In this document: positions 16,102-24,328 of the stretch, in pieces
Numbering within the stretch: position 1 is the stretch's first letter
Layout: each line of letters opens with the position of its first letter
Source: Anaeroplasmataceae bacterium
GTDB lineage: Bacteria; Bacillota; Clostridia; Christensenellales; CAG-917
Assembly (NCBI GenBank): GCA_963659595.1
Contig: CAVKUX010000002.1
Location: 1 to 39,786, forward strand
Reading direction: 5' to 3'
DNA: 39,786 nt
Program-made: the position numbers and the translations under genes
The notes under the pieces: generated by a model
Database searches by the model: none
Seen by the model: only the letters and a program-made list of their open reading frames with translations
Told to the model about the DNA's origin: nothing

Positions 16102-17150
16102 TTAAGTTCGGAGAAGTACTTGATTGTACGAACCATCTGAGAAGTGTAACTGTTCTCGTTGTCGTACCAAGAAACGACTTGAACTTGAGTGTTGCCGTCT
16201 TCCATGGGTGCAACCATTGTTTGAGTTGCGTCGAAGATTGAACCGAAGCGGCTGCCGATGATGTCGGAAGACACGATTTGGTCGGTGTTGTAGCCGAAGG
16301 ATTCGGTTGCGGCGGCTTTCATTGCTGCGTTGATGCCTTCAACGGTTGCTTGTCCTTTGACGACTGCCACGAGAATGGTTGTGGAACCGGTCGGAGTGGG
16401 AACGCGTTGTGCAGAACCGATGAGTTTGCCGTTGAGTTCGGGAATGACGAGACCGATTGCTTTTGCAGCGCCGGTGCTGTTGGGAACGATGTTGATTGCA
16501 GCAGCGCGGCTTCTTCTCAAATCGCCCTTTCTTTGAGGTCCGTCAAGAGGCATTTGGTCGCCGGTGTATGCGTGAACCGTCGTCATGATACCGCTCATGA
16601 TGGGAGCATAATCGTTGAGAGCCTTTGCCATAGGAGCGAGACAGTTGGTTGTGCAACTTGCAGCGGAAATGATGTTGTCGGTTGCCTTCAAAGTGGTGTG
16701 GTTGACGTTGTAGACGATTGTGGGAAGATCGTTGCCTGCGGGAGCGGAGATGACGACCTTGCGTGCGCCTGCGTCGATGTGCGCTTGCGCTTTTGCTTTG
16801 GATGTATAGAAACCGGTGCATTCCAAAACGACGTCAACGCCGAGTTCGCCCCAGGGAAGTTCCGCCGCTTTTGCTTTTGCGTAGATGGTGATCTTCTTGC
16901 CGTCCACTACGATGTAGCCGTCTTCTTTGATTGTGCCGTCCTCGTTGAGGACTGCTTCACAACTTTCTACCGTGTGAGAATTTGCATAGTTGCCTTGTGT
17001 CGAGTCGTATTTGAGAAGATGAGCGAGCATCTTGGGGCTCGTGAGGTCGTTGATAGCGACAATTTCATAACCCTCTGCACCGAACATTTGTCTGAAAGCA
17101 AGACGTCCGATACGACCAAAACCGTTGATAGCGACTTTTACGTTTGCCAT
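16098..17150 (-). CDS. gap: Glyceraldehyde-3-phosphate dehydrogenase (type I)
   Basis: The start was set at [19 protein letters not shown] (ATG 17150), which follows GGAGGA (17158-17163). The active-site motif is SCTTNCLAP, and WYDNE is present. Length is 350 aa. Confidence 0.95.
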   Translation of the reverse strand: MANVKVAINGFGRIGRLAFRQMFGAEGYEIVAINDLTSPKMLAHLLKYDSTQGNYANSHTVESCEAVLNEDGTIKEDGYIVVDGKKITIYAKAKAAELPWGELGVDVVLECTGFYTSKAKAQAHIDAGARKVVISAPAGNDLPTIVYNVNHTTLKATDNIISAASCTTNCLAPMAKALNDYAPIMSGIMTTVHAYTGDQMPLDGPQRKGDLRRSRAAAINIVPNSTGAAKAIGLVIPELNGKLIGSAQRVPTPTGSTTILVAVVKGQATVEGINAAMKAAATESFGYNTDQIVSSDIIGSRFGSIFDATQTMVAPMEDGNTQVQVVSWYDNENSYTSQMVRTIKYFSELK

Positions 17151-17316
17151 TATAAATTCCTCCATAAAGGTGTATTCCGAATATTGGTTGGATTTTCCAA
17201 CCGCAACTATTTTACAATTATTATAAGAAATATGCAACTATAATTTGCGTATTTTTTTATCGACATCGATATATGTTTCCATACGTCGACACGATTTTGT
17301 ACGCTTGTTTGCAAAT

Positions 17317-18396
17317 TCAGTCCGCAAGAAAGGTCGGCTTGCCGTAAACCGCGACGCTTATAAAGTCGATGGGCCACACGAACACAAACAGTGCAAAGGA
17401 CAAAATCCCGGTGACGAGCGTGTGAAGTTGCCTCGTCTGCGAATATTTCGCAAAGCGGTAGATATACGTCATCGCCCAACCCAACAGCGTTTCCACGACG
17501 AGTTTTACGACGAGCGGCATTTGGTCGAATTTGTCGGCAAACGGCAAGTTTGAATCGTCGTACTCGACGGGCAACGCCATTATAAACGTACTTCCCTTGC
17601 CTTTTTTGCTCTTTACGCTCACTCTGCCGCCGTGCTCTTTCATAATCTCGCGCACGACGTAAAGCCCCACGCCCTGACTGTTTCCGTTAGAGCGCGACTT
17701 GTCCTCGGTGTAGAACTGGTCGAAAACGTAAGGCAAACTCTCTTTGGATATGCCTATGCCCTTGTCCTTGACAGACAGGATGAACTCTCTTCCCCTCTTG
17801 CGCGCGATGATTTTTACGACGCTTTTTTCGGGCGAATACTTGACGGCGTTGGACACGAGGTTTTGCACCACTCTTTCCATTTGTCCCTCGTCCACCCTTA
17901 CGTTGACGTCGGGGATTTTGCCGACTTTGAGTTTTATATTTTTCGCCGTCGCAAGCGGACGAAGTTTCTCTATGATTTTGCCGAACATATTTTTAGTCGC
18001 GTGCAACGTTTTATGCTCGGATTGCTTTTTTATTTCGGCGTTTGAGGACTCCACCATACCGATGACCATCTCGTTCATCTGTTGCGCTTTTTGAATGATG
18101 AGCGCGGGATAGTCCTTGTCGTCCATACCGTCGGACATACACTCGGCGTATCCCGAAATTATGGCGAGCGGCGTTTTCATATCGTGCGCCACCGAAGCGA
18201 TTGACTTGTTTGTCTTCGTAGACGTTTCCGCTATGCCGTCCTTCAATTTGAGCATAGAAAGTCTGAGCGATTCAAGCCTCGTGCAAATGGCGTGGTATTC
18301 GCCGAATCCCCACAACCTAACGGGCGAATACAAATCGCCTTCTTGAAAACGCGCGAGCGTTTTTTCTATTTCTACGATTTCCTTTTTGTTCAACAT
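17317..18396 (-). CDS. Sensor histidine kinase with an atypical architecture
   Basis: The H-box is SVAHDMKTPLAIISGY, the N-box is VQNLVSNAVKYSP, G1 is VKDKGIGI and G2 is GVGLYVV. There is no N-terminal hydrophobic segment. Two hydrophobic stretches (PLVVKLVVETLLGWAMTYIY and LVTGILSFALFVFVWPIDFISVAVY) lie after the ATPase domain. Confidence 0.85.
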   Translation of the reverse strand: MLNKKEIVEIEKTLARFQEGDLYSPVRLWGFGEYHAICTRLESLRLSMLKLKDGIAETSTKTNKSIASVAHDMKTPLAIISGYAECMSDGMDDKDYPALIIQKAQQMNEMVIGMVESSNAEIKKQSEHKTLHATKNMFGKIIEKLRPLATAKNIKLKVGKIPDVNVRVDEGQMERVVQNLVSNAVKYSPEKSVVKIIARKRGREFILSVKDKGIGISKESLPYVFDQFYTEDKSRSNGNSQGVGLYVVREIMKEHGGRVSVKSKKGKGSTFIMALPVEYDDSNLPFADKFDQMPLVVKLVVETLLGWAMTYIYRFAKYSQTRQLHTLVTGILSFALFVFVWPIDFISVAVYGKPTFLAD

Positions 18397-18462
18397 AGAG
18401 CGTTTAACCTTGCTTTTTGTGCGTATAAAACCTCTGTTTTGCGCATTGACGGCAGATTTTCG

Positions 18463-19137
18463 TCAATCTTGCCACTTGTAGCCGAGCCCCCAAACGGTGA
18501 CGACGTTGTTTATGCCTGCCTTTGAAAGTTTGTCACGAAGACGCGCGATAGTCACGGCAACCGTGTTTTCGTCGATGTACTCGTCAACGCCCCATACGTC
18601 GTCGATAAGTTTTTGTTTGGGCATAATCTGATTCTCGTGTATGGTGAGATAGTCGAGAATTTTGAACTCTTTTGCAGTGAGATTGAGCGGTTCGCCGTCC
18701 GCTTTCGCCTCGAATCTCGCAGACGAAATCATAAGTTTTCCGTAGTGTCTGTCCCCCGACGGTACGGCGTTGAACTCGTAATAACGTCTGAGTTGCGCGC
18801 CCACTCTCACAACCATTTCCTTGAACGAAAACGGCTTTGTGATGTAGTCGTCCGCGCCGAGGTCGAACATGCGCACCTTATCCTCTTCGGCAACCTTTGC
18901 CGACACGACGATGATTGGCATCGTCATAGTTTGGCGCAGCGTTTCGCACACGGCAAATCCGTCGATTTTCGGCATCATAATATCCAACAGTGCAAGGTCG
19001 GGTTTTATCTCGTTTGCGATTTGCAATGCCTGTGCGCCGTCGAACGCCTGATACACTTCGTGTCCCGCCTTTTCGAGATAACTTTTCATCATATCGGATA
19101 TTTCGACGTTGTCCTCTGCAATAAGTATCTTTCTCAT
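18463..19137 (-). CDS. OmpR/PhoB-family response regulator
   Basis: The receiver domain reads MRKILIAEDN...LALLDIMMPKIDG. The C-terminal winged helix ends VWGLGYKWQD. The start was set at ATG 19137, which follows GAGGTG. Confidence 0.9.
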   Translation of the reverse strand: MRKILIAEDNVEISDMMKSYLEKAGHEVYQAFDGAQALQIANEIKPDLALLDIMMPKIDGFAVCETLRQTMTMPIIVVSAKVAEEDKVRMFDLGADDYITKPFSFKEMVVRVGAQLRRYYEFNAVPSGDRHYGKLMISSARFEAKADGEPLNLTAKEFKILDYLTIHENQIMPKQKLIDDVWGVDEYIDENTVAVTIARLRDKLSKAGINNVVTVWGLGYKWQD

Positions 19138-19196
19138 AAACACCTCTGTATTTCTAACCTATTGTACAATATATTTTCGCTTATTTCCACACTTTT

Positions 19197-20081
19197 TTAC
19201 ATGCCGTATTCGTTTGCGGCGATTTTCTTGCCCGCTTCGGCAAAATATCTCGCGTACGCCTTTTTGCAATACCGCGCATGTTTGTCCTTTTGCGGCGTTT
19301 CGGGCGCTTTGAAAGAGTACTTCCCGTTCACTCGCCAGCCGTTGAGTATGCCTATGTCGAAAGCGTCGCGCGGACAGTTGAACGAACATCTCGTACACAT
19401 AATGCAGTCTTTGCCGAAAGTGAATTTTCCGTTTTGGTCGATTTTTATGTTCCCTACGGGGCAGTTTTTAACGCACGCGCCGCAGTTTATGCACTTGTTT
19501 GAATCCACCTTGAAAAAGCGTCCGTTGACTTTCATCGCAGGCTGTTCTATGCGCACGACCCACGCAACGAAACGCCCGAAAGGCACTTTTGCGAGTTTGT
19601 GTTCGACGCCGCAAATCACTTCCCTCGCCTCTATGGGTGCGAGTTTGTCGAGCGTGTCTTTCATCTTTGCCGCCATATCGTCGGTGTGACGGAAAATCAT
19701 GTTGTACGGCATAACGTAGTGATACTCGCTTCCCGCAACGTAGCCTTTTTTCTTCATTATATCGTTGAATTTAATGGAAGAAACGTTGTTGATTTTGAGG
19801 GGTTCGCCCGACGTTTTGACGACGAAATATCCCTTCTTTTCGTTTGCTTTCGGCAACGCTTTTGCGAGGTCGAGCATAATGTACGGCGCATTGAATCCGT
19901 GTATCGGATAAGCAAATCCTACGAGGTCGAAATTGTTGGGATCGGGCAAATTTGCAAAGCCCTTTCTCACGTTATAACGCGTGGTTTCGATTCCGAATTT
20001 TTCAAACTCGCTCTTATATATATCGCACGCTTTTTTGGTGTTTCCCGTTCCCGAAAAAACATAAATTATCGCATTTTTCAT
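19197..20081 (-). CDS. Flavodoxin-like domain fused to a 2x[4Fe-4S] ferredoxin domain (EFR1-family-like)
   Basis: The N-terminus MKNAIIYVFSGTGNTKK is flavodoxin-like. Two cluster motifs are CINCGACVKNCP and CIMCTRCSFNCP. Confidence 0.75.
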   Translation of the reverse strand: MKNAIIYVFSGTGNTKKACDIYKSEFEKFGIETTRYNVRKGFANLPDPNNFDLVGFAYPIHGFNAPYIMLDLAKALPKANEKKGYFVVKTSGEPLKINNVSSIKFNDIMKKKGYVAGSEYHYVMPYNMIFRHTDDMAAKMKDTLDKLAPIEAREVICGVEHKLAKVPFGRFVAWVVRIEQPAMKVNGRFFKVDSNKCINCGACVKNCPVGNIKIDQNGKFTFGKDCIMCTRCSFNCPRDAFDIGILNGWRVNGKYSFKAPETPQKDKHARYCKKAYARYFAEAGKKIAANEYGM

Positions 20082-20099
20082 ATTCTCACCTCTTTTGAC

Positions 20100-21668
20100 T
20101 CAGTATTGCGTGTATCTCGCAACGTGGTTTTGGTCGTAGTAGTAGGTCGTATTCTCGCCTTTTGCGTGAGTGTCGTACCAGATTTGAGCGTAAAACGGCA
20201 TAAATTTGGACAGTCTGTCGTAATCCCACGGACTCGGTTGACAACACTTAGGACACCAATGCCCCGCTTTGAGAACGGTGTACGGCGACGCCCAAAAACG
20301 ATGTCCGTCGTGACATTCCCATTCGAGTTTCGTGTACAAATCGCCCTTCGTCATACTCGTCGAAACGCACTTGCCGCCTCTGAACGCCGCCGCCGAACGC
20401 ATATCTTCTATGTCGAGTTCCTCGTCGGGTTTGCTTTCGTCATAGCCGTGGTCGAGGATATAGCCGTGTGCTTTCAACTTCGTTATGTCGCGCATATCGT
20501 CGTAATCGACGTCTCCGTCGGCAAGTTGTCCGTGCGCGAGGACGGGGAATTTATCCCAATCGCTCGGCAAACACTTCAAGTTTTCCTTGCTTCCGAAAAA
20601 CGCTTTAACCTTGCCCGCCTGATTCGTTTTTACCCAATATCTCGGCGCATTGTCGTCTTTGAGCAGTCTTTCGATTGCGAATTTCGACACGAGTTTTGCA
20701 GGCACGAGTTTTCCGAGTCTGTAATAACCGTGCTTTTTGAGTATCTCTTGCCAGTAGGTTTTCACGTCCTCGTGCTGAAAATCGAAATAATCGTTGAGGA
20801 TATGGCTGTCCTCGAACCACATACAATGGAAATTGCGGATTGAATTCCATTCGGGTTTCATATACTTTTTCGTCGAACCGCCGATAATCTTGAATCCCTC
20901 GTCGAACGTGTCGTAGCCCGTAACTCTGTTGCACGCGCCGCCGCCGATGTTGTAGCACTTCTTCCAGAACTTTTCTTCGAGTTCGCCCTTTGCGTCCTTT
21001 TCAACGAGTCTGCGCATCAAAAGTCCGCTGTCGCGCGCCGTAACCCACTCTATCGGCGCATTGAAGCAAGTGTGAAACATCAATCCGTCTTTCATATTGT
21101 TGGTGAGCATTCTGTTGTGAAGCATACCCGTCTGACGAAGCACCGCCCATTGCTTTACGTCGCTGTCGAGAACGTATCTCTCGCCCTTGATTTTGCTTGC
21201 GGAATACTCGTCGTAAGTGCTGGATATGAGCGGGTCGCCCACTCTGCCCCACGGGTGCTTGTAGTTGCGGTTGCCGTATATCGCAACGGTGGAAATATGC
21301 ACGAGTTTCGGCTGATTTTCCTTTATCTCGGACACCGAATCCACGATATTCATTGCGCCTATGCGGTTACATCTGTCCGTAAGCACGGGATAATGGTCGG
21401 CAGTCGGCGGAATGACCGCGGCGAGATTGAGAACGTAATCGCTGTTTGCCACGAGTTTTCTGCAATCTTCGATTTCCGCTATATCGCCGAAAATAACTTC
21501 GATTTTGCTTGTGTATTTGCGCTTCCATTCCTTTGCGCACTTGCGCTCTCGCCTCTCGTCCAAAAGCAAAACTTTGATTTTTTCCACAACGTCGCTTCCC
21601 ATAAGTTGAGCGAGCGTTTCAAGTCCCATATTTCCGCTTGCGCCGGTGATTGCAACGATTTTTTTCAT
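20100..21668 (-). CDS. NAD(P)-dependent epimerase/dehydratase-family (extended SDR) protein with a long C-terminal extension
   Basis: The Rossmann motif is MKKIVAITGASGNMG and the catalytic YSASK (YxxxK) is present. A C-terminal region of about 200 aa ends with the Cys/His cluster CHDGHRF...HWCPKCC. The start was set at ATG 21668, which follows GGAAGGTGG. Confidence 0.75.
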   Translation of the reverse strand: MKKIVAITGASGNMGLETLAQLMGSDVVEKIKVLLLDERRERKCAKEWKRKYTSKIEVIFGDIAEIEDCRKLVANSDYVLNLAAVIPPTADHYPVLTDRCNRIGAMNIVDSVSEIKENQPKLVHISTVAIYGNRNYKHPWGRVGDPLISSTYDEYSASKIKGERYVLDSDVKQWAVLRQTGMLHNRMLTNNMKDGLMFHTCFNAPIEWVTARDSGLLMRRLVEKDAKGELEEKFWKKCYNIGGGACNRVTGYDTFDEGFKIIGGSTKKYMKPEWNSIRNFHCMWFEDSHILNDYFDFQHEDVKTYWQEILKKHGYYRLGKLVPAKLVSKFAIERLLKDDNAPRYWVKTNQAGKVKAFFGSKENLKCLPSDWDKFPVLAHGQLADGDVDYDDMRDITKLKAHGYILDHGYDESKPDEELDIEDMRSAAAFRGGKCVSTSMTKGDLYTKLEWECHDGHRFWASPYTVLKAGHWCPKCCQPSPWDYDRLSKFMPFYAQIWYDTHAKGENTTYYYDQNHVARYTQY

Positions 21669-21792
21669 ATATGCCACCTTCCTTTCGTTTACGCATATAT
21701 TATCGCACCAAGCCCCAACCGAAGTCTTGACAAAAACCTTACACTTTCGCCGTTATCCGCCCGACTTTTCCGCATTTTGTAAGAATTATGTA

Positions 21793-21830
21793 AGAAAAAG
21801 AGAAAGGCGGCAGAAAATACCGTCCTTCTC
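21793..21830 (-). terminator. Imperfect hairpin plus T-run downstream of the 21860 gene
   Basis: The minus strand reads GAGAAGGACGG-tattttctg-CCGCCTTTCTC followed by TTTTTCTTAC. Confidence 0.5.
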
Positions 21831-21859
21831 CTTGTAAAAAAACTATTGAATTGCCAGAA

Positions 21860-22294
21860 TTATTTAGCGGATTGTATTTGCCTCGCCTTGTTTAACGCTT
21901 TGTCCATTTCCGCAAATGCAACGTTGTTTGCCTCGTTTATTTTTTTGTTGGCAATAATATAATAAACGATATACAAGATGTTCCCCAACAAAAGCAAAAT
22001 CGGTTTGAGTTTCTTTTTTGCTTTCAATCTCGATTGCGCAGCCTCATAGGCTTTTTGACAAGAATTCAATGCCTGATAATTCGGCATATCGGTTTCGCGT
22101 TGCAAAAGTAGGTTGACATAATTTTCCGTTTCGGTAACACTGTAAATCGTGCCGGACATCGCTCCTGCTTCAAGGTGAGAGTCCTTAACTTTTACTTCTT
22201 GTGAACTTGTGACAACCCAACCGAAGCACGCATATGCGTTGATAATTCTCTCTTCGTCTTGCGGCATTATCTGCATTTTTTTTGTTTCTCTCAT
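21860..22294 (-). CDS. Hypothetical protein with one predicted transmembrane helix
   Basis: 144 aa. The RBS GGAGGA lies 6 nt upstream of the ATG at 22294. The hydrophobic segment is PILLLLGNILYIVYYIIA. I do not recognise a family. Confidence 0.6.
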   Translation of the reverse strand: MRETKKMQIMPQDEERIINAYACFGWVVTSSQEVKVKDSHLEAGAMSGTIYSVTETENYVNLLLQRETDMPNYQALNSCQKAYEAAQSRLKAKKKLKPILLLLGNILYIVYYIIANKKINEANNVAFAEMDKALNKARQIQSAK

Positions 22295-22381
22295 TTGTTT
22301 TCCTCCTATGAGCTTTTGTGTTTTTATATTAACACGTTATTTAGCGTATGTCAACACTATTTTTAGGGTATTTGATAATAT

Positions 22382-22591
22382 ATGTTTATGTCAACATTTG
22401 GAAAGAATCTGAAATCCGAAAGGGAGCGCTGCGGTTATAATCAAAAGCAACTTGCCCTAAAAATAGGTACGTCCCAACAGCGCATTAGTGAATGGGAATG
22501 CGACAAAGTCGAGCCGACCGTTTCAAACATTGTCGCCATAGCAAAGGCGTTGGACGTGAGTTACGACGACCTTTTCGACGGCATCGAATAA
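22382..22591 (+). CDS. Small XRE/Cro-family HTH regulator (67-69 aa)
   Basis: The HTH reads LKSERERCGYNQKQLALKIGTSQQRISEWECDKVEPTVSNIVAIAKALDVSYDDL. The start is either 22382 or 22388. The gene is divergent from the 21860..22294 gene. Confidence 0.8.
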   Translation: MFMSTFGKNLKSERERCGYNQKQLALKIGTSQQRISEWECDKVEPTVSNIVAIAKALDVSYDDLFDGIE

Positions 22592-22611
22592 ATTTTTCAA
22601 ATGAAAAGTTG

Positions 22612-22639
22612 AACGGCACTGAATTCAGTGCCGTTTTTA
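22612..22639. terminator. Bidirectional terminator
   Basis: AACGGCACTG-AATT-CAGTGCCGTT has a T-run on the plus side and an A-run on the other side. It lies between convergent genes that end at 22591 (plus strand) and 22640 (minus strand). Confidence 0.8.
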
Positions 22640-23260
22640 TTAGTTTTGATAAGTTATTTTGATATTGCCGTAAATATCCGATATTAGTTGTTTGAGCCAG
22701 GACAAATTGCCGTCGTTTTCCCACTCGAACGCCGTGACGTTGCTTCGTATCTCGTTGTCTTTGCACCAACAAATCTCTTTCATCGACACGGTGTTGTCGT
22801 AAAAATGCACCACGTCGCACAGCCCGAAAACAGTTTTCAAATTCTCTTGCGAGTTGTCATAGCGTTGCTCTATCGTCTCCGCACTAACGCCGTGACCGCC
22901 TTTTTCTTCTCTTTCCTGCACTCTTTTGATTGCGATTTCGGGCGAAGCGACCCCGACGTAAAACAATTCGATACAGTAGCCTTTTTCTGCGGCGGTTTCC
23001 ATCGTTTTGACGATGGTTGTTCCGCACAAAGTCGTTTCACGGTTGAAAGATTTGTGATTTTTCAGCAACTCGTTTTGCAAACGAATAAGTTCCTTTGCCG
23101 CTTTGAGTTGGCACGCGGGATCTTTCCAATCCCACTTATTGTTTTGCACGATTTCGTCGCTGTTAAGTCGCACGCCGAAATCGCCGTTGAGCATTCTGTA
23201 TAACGTGCTTTTTCCTGCGCCGTTCACGCCTGCAAAAACGGTTAGTTTAGTATTTTTCAT
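22640..23260 (-). CDS. Zeta-toxin-like P-loop kinase/ATPase (COG4185-type), a putative toxin
   Basis: 206 aa. Walker A sits at the N-terminus (VFAGVNGAGKSTLY). The gene overlaps the upstream Phd/YefM-like gene by 14 nt. Confidence 0.6.
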   Translation of the reverse strand: MKNTKLTVFAGVNGAGKSTLYRMLNGDFGVRLNSDEIVQNNKWDWKDPACQLKAAKELIRLQNELLKNHKSFNRETTLCGTTIVKTMETAAEKGYCIELFYVGVASPEIAIKRVQEREEKGGHGVSAETIEQRYDNSQENLKTVFGLCDVVHFYDNTVSMKEICWCKDNEIRSNVTAFEWENDGNLSWLKQLISDIYGNIKITYQN

Positions 23261-23579
23261 TTCTTACAACCTCTTTTTGCTTTATCAAAAGCACGGTGTT
23301 GAAAACACCCGTATAAAACGTCTTTTCATCATCGCTTTTTGCGTTTTCGGTGAGCGTTTCATAAAGTTTTATGTTGAGATATTCGTTTCGCTTGTCATAT
23401 AGACGTTTGATAAGCGAGGCAAAATCGTCACCGTACTTATCGTCGAAACAATCCTGACTCATAACAACCAAATCGCCGTAGCCGTTTTTGGTCACAAACA
23501 CGGGCTCGTTTTTCTCATCGCACAGTTTGGATATTTCCGCCGTGTTTTTGAGTTCTTTTATAGGGATAATCGTGGGCAT
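23247..23579 (-). CDS. Phd/YefM-family antitoxin
   Basis: 110 aa. The N-terminus IIPIKELKNTAEISKLCDEKNEPVFVTKNGYGDLVVMSQDCF fits the Phd/YefM fold pattern. It sits upstream of, and overlaps, the P-loop toxin candidate. Confidence 0.7.
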   Translation of the reverse strand: MPTIIPIKELKNTAEISKLCDEKNEPVFVTKNGYGDLVVMSQDCFDDKYGDDFASLIKRLYDKRNEYLNIKLYETLTENAKSDDEKTFYTGVFNTVLLIKQKEVVRNEKY

Positions 23580-23598
23580 TTTTTACCTCTTTTACAAT

Positions 23599-23637
23599 AT
23601 TATACCATAATTATACCACAATTATTCCAAAAGTCAA
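23599..23637 (-). promoter_or_regulatory. Promoter of the toxin-antitoxin pair, with a duplicated extended -10
   Basis: The minus strand reads TTGACT, a 16-nt spacer, then TGGTATAAT-TA-TGGTATAAT. This gives two tandem TGnTATAAT elements 11 bp apart, about 20 nt upstream of the ATG at 23579. Confidence 0.6.
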
Positions 23638-23758
23638 TTTTATGTTTGCATTCAAAAGATAAAGAAAACGCAATTTACATCAACCGAATCTCATATTCAA
23701 TCTCGTTTTCTATCAAAATCATTTCACATAAAACTGTTATTTGCCTAATATACGCAAA

Positions 23759-23784
23759 GAATCCACCGAATTTTCGGTGGATTC
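23759..23784 (-). terminator. Terminator at the end of the alpha operon (after rplQ)
   Basis: A perfect stem of 11-12 bp, GAATCCACCGAA / TTCGGTGGATTC, has T-rich sequence on both sides. Confidence 0.8.
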
Positions 23785-23806
23785 CTTCGTTTTTTCAAAG
23801 GCTCAA

Positions 23807-24310
23807 TCAGATGAGTTTGAGGATGCAGGTTTCCGCTGCGTCGCCACGGCGATTGCCGGTTTTAAGGATACGGGTGTAACCGCCGCCTTGTCCGAGTTCG
23901 TTCTTGCGAGCGTCGTATTTGGGTGCATACTCTTTGAACATCTTTTCGATGAGGGGGTGTTTGGTGTCCTTAATGCGCGCTTTGAATGCGGATTTGGATT
24001 CCTTCTCGCCCTTGATTTCTTGAAGGTCAACGAGTTCAGCCATAAGTCTGCGGCGTGCTGCAAGTTTCTTGGGACCGTCGTTTGTGAAGACGACTTCCTG
24101 CTTTGCGCCCTTTGCGCCGTCAACGGTCTTTGTGACTTTGACGTCGTCTTGATAGGCTCTCATTGCGATAGTGATGTATTTTTCAGCAAGGCTTCTGACT
24201 GCTTTTGCACGGTCAACGGTTGTTTCGATTTGACCATACCAAAGAAGTTCGGAAACCTGATTTTTAAGCATAGCCATTCTTTGGTCTGTGCGTTTTCCTA
24301 ATTTAGACAT
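23807..24310 (-). CDS. rplQ: 50S ribosomal protein L17 (long form, 167 aa)
   Basis: The protein reads MSKLGKRTDQRMAMLKNQVSELLWYGQIETT...GGYTRILKTGNRRGD. It is the last gene after rpoA. Confidence 0.93.
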   Translation of the reverse strand: MSKLGKRTDQRMAMLKNQVSELLWYGQIETTVDRAKAVRSLAEKYITIAMRAYQDDVKVTKTVDGAKGAKQEVVFTNDGPKKLAARRRLMAELVDLQEIKGEKESKSAFKARIKDTKHPLIEKMFKEYAPKYDARKNELGQGGGYTRILKTGNRRGDAAETCILKLI

Positions 24311-24328
24311 AGTGTTCCTCCTGTACTC

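Noticed and set aside
9642-21782. Many long ORFs antisense to the DAG kinase, ABC transporters, ADH, gap, kinase/regulator and SDR genes. Examples are 9642..10385, 10470..11837, 13379..14047, 14460..15248, 16278..17243, 18613..19689, 19599..20843 and 21072..21782.
   Set aside because: They are shadow frames opposite strongly supported genes. They lack an RBS, are rich in Arg, Val, Phe, Asp and His, and show no recognisable motifs.
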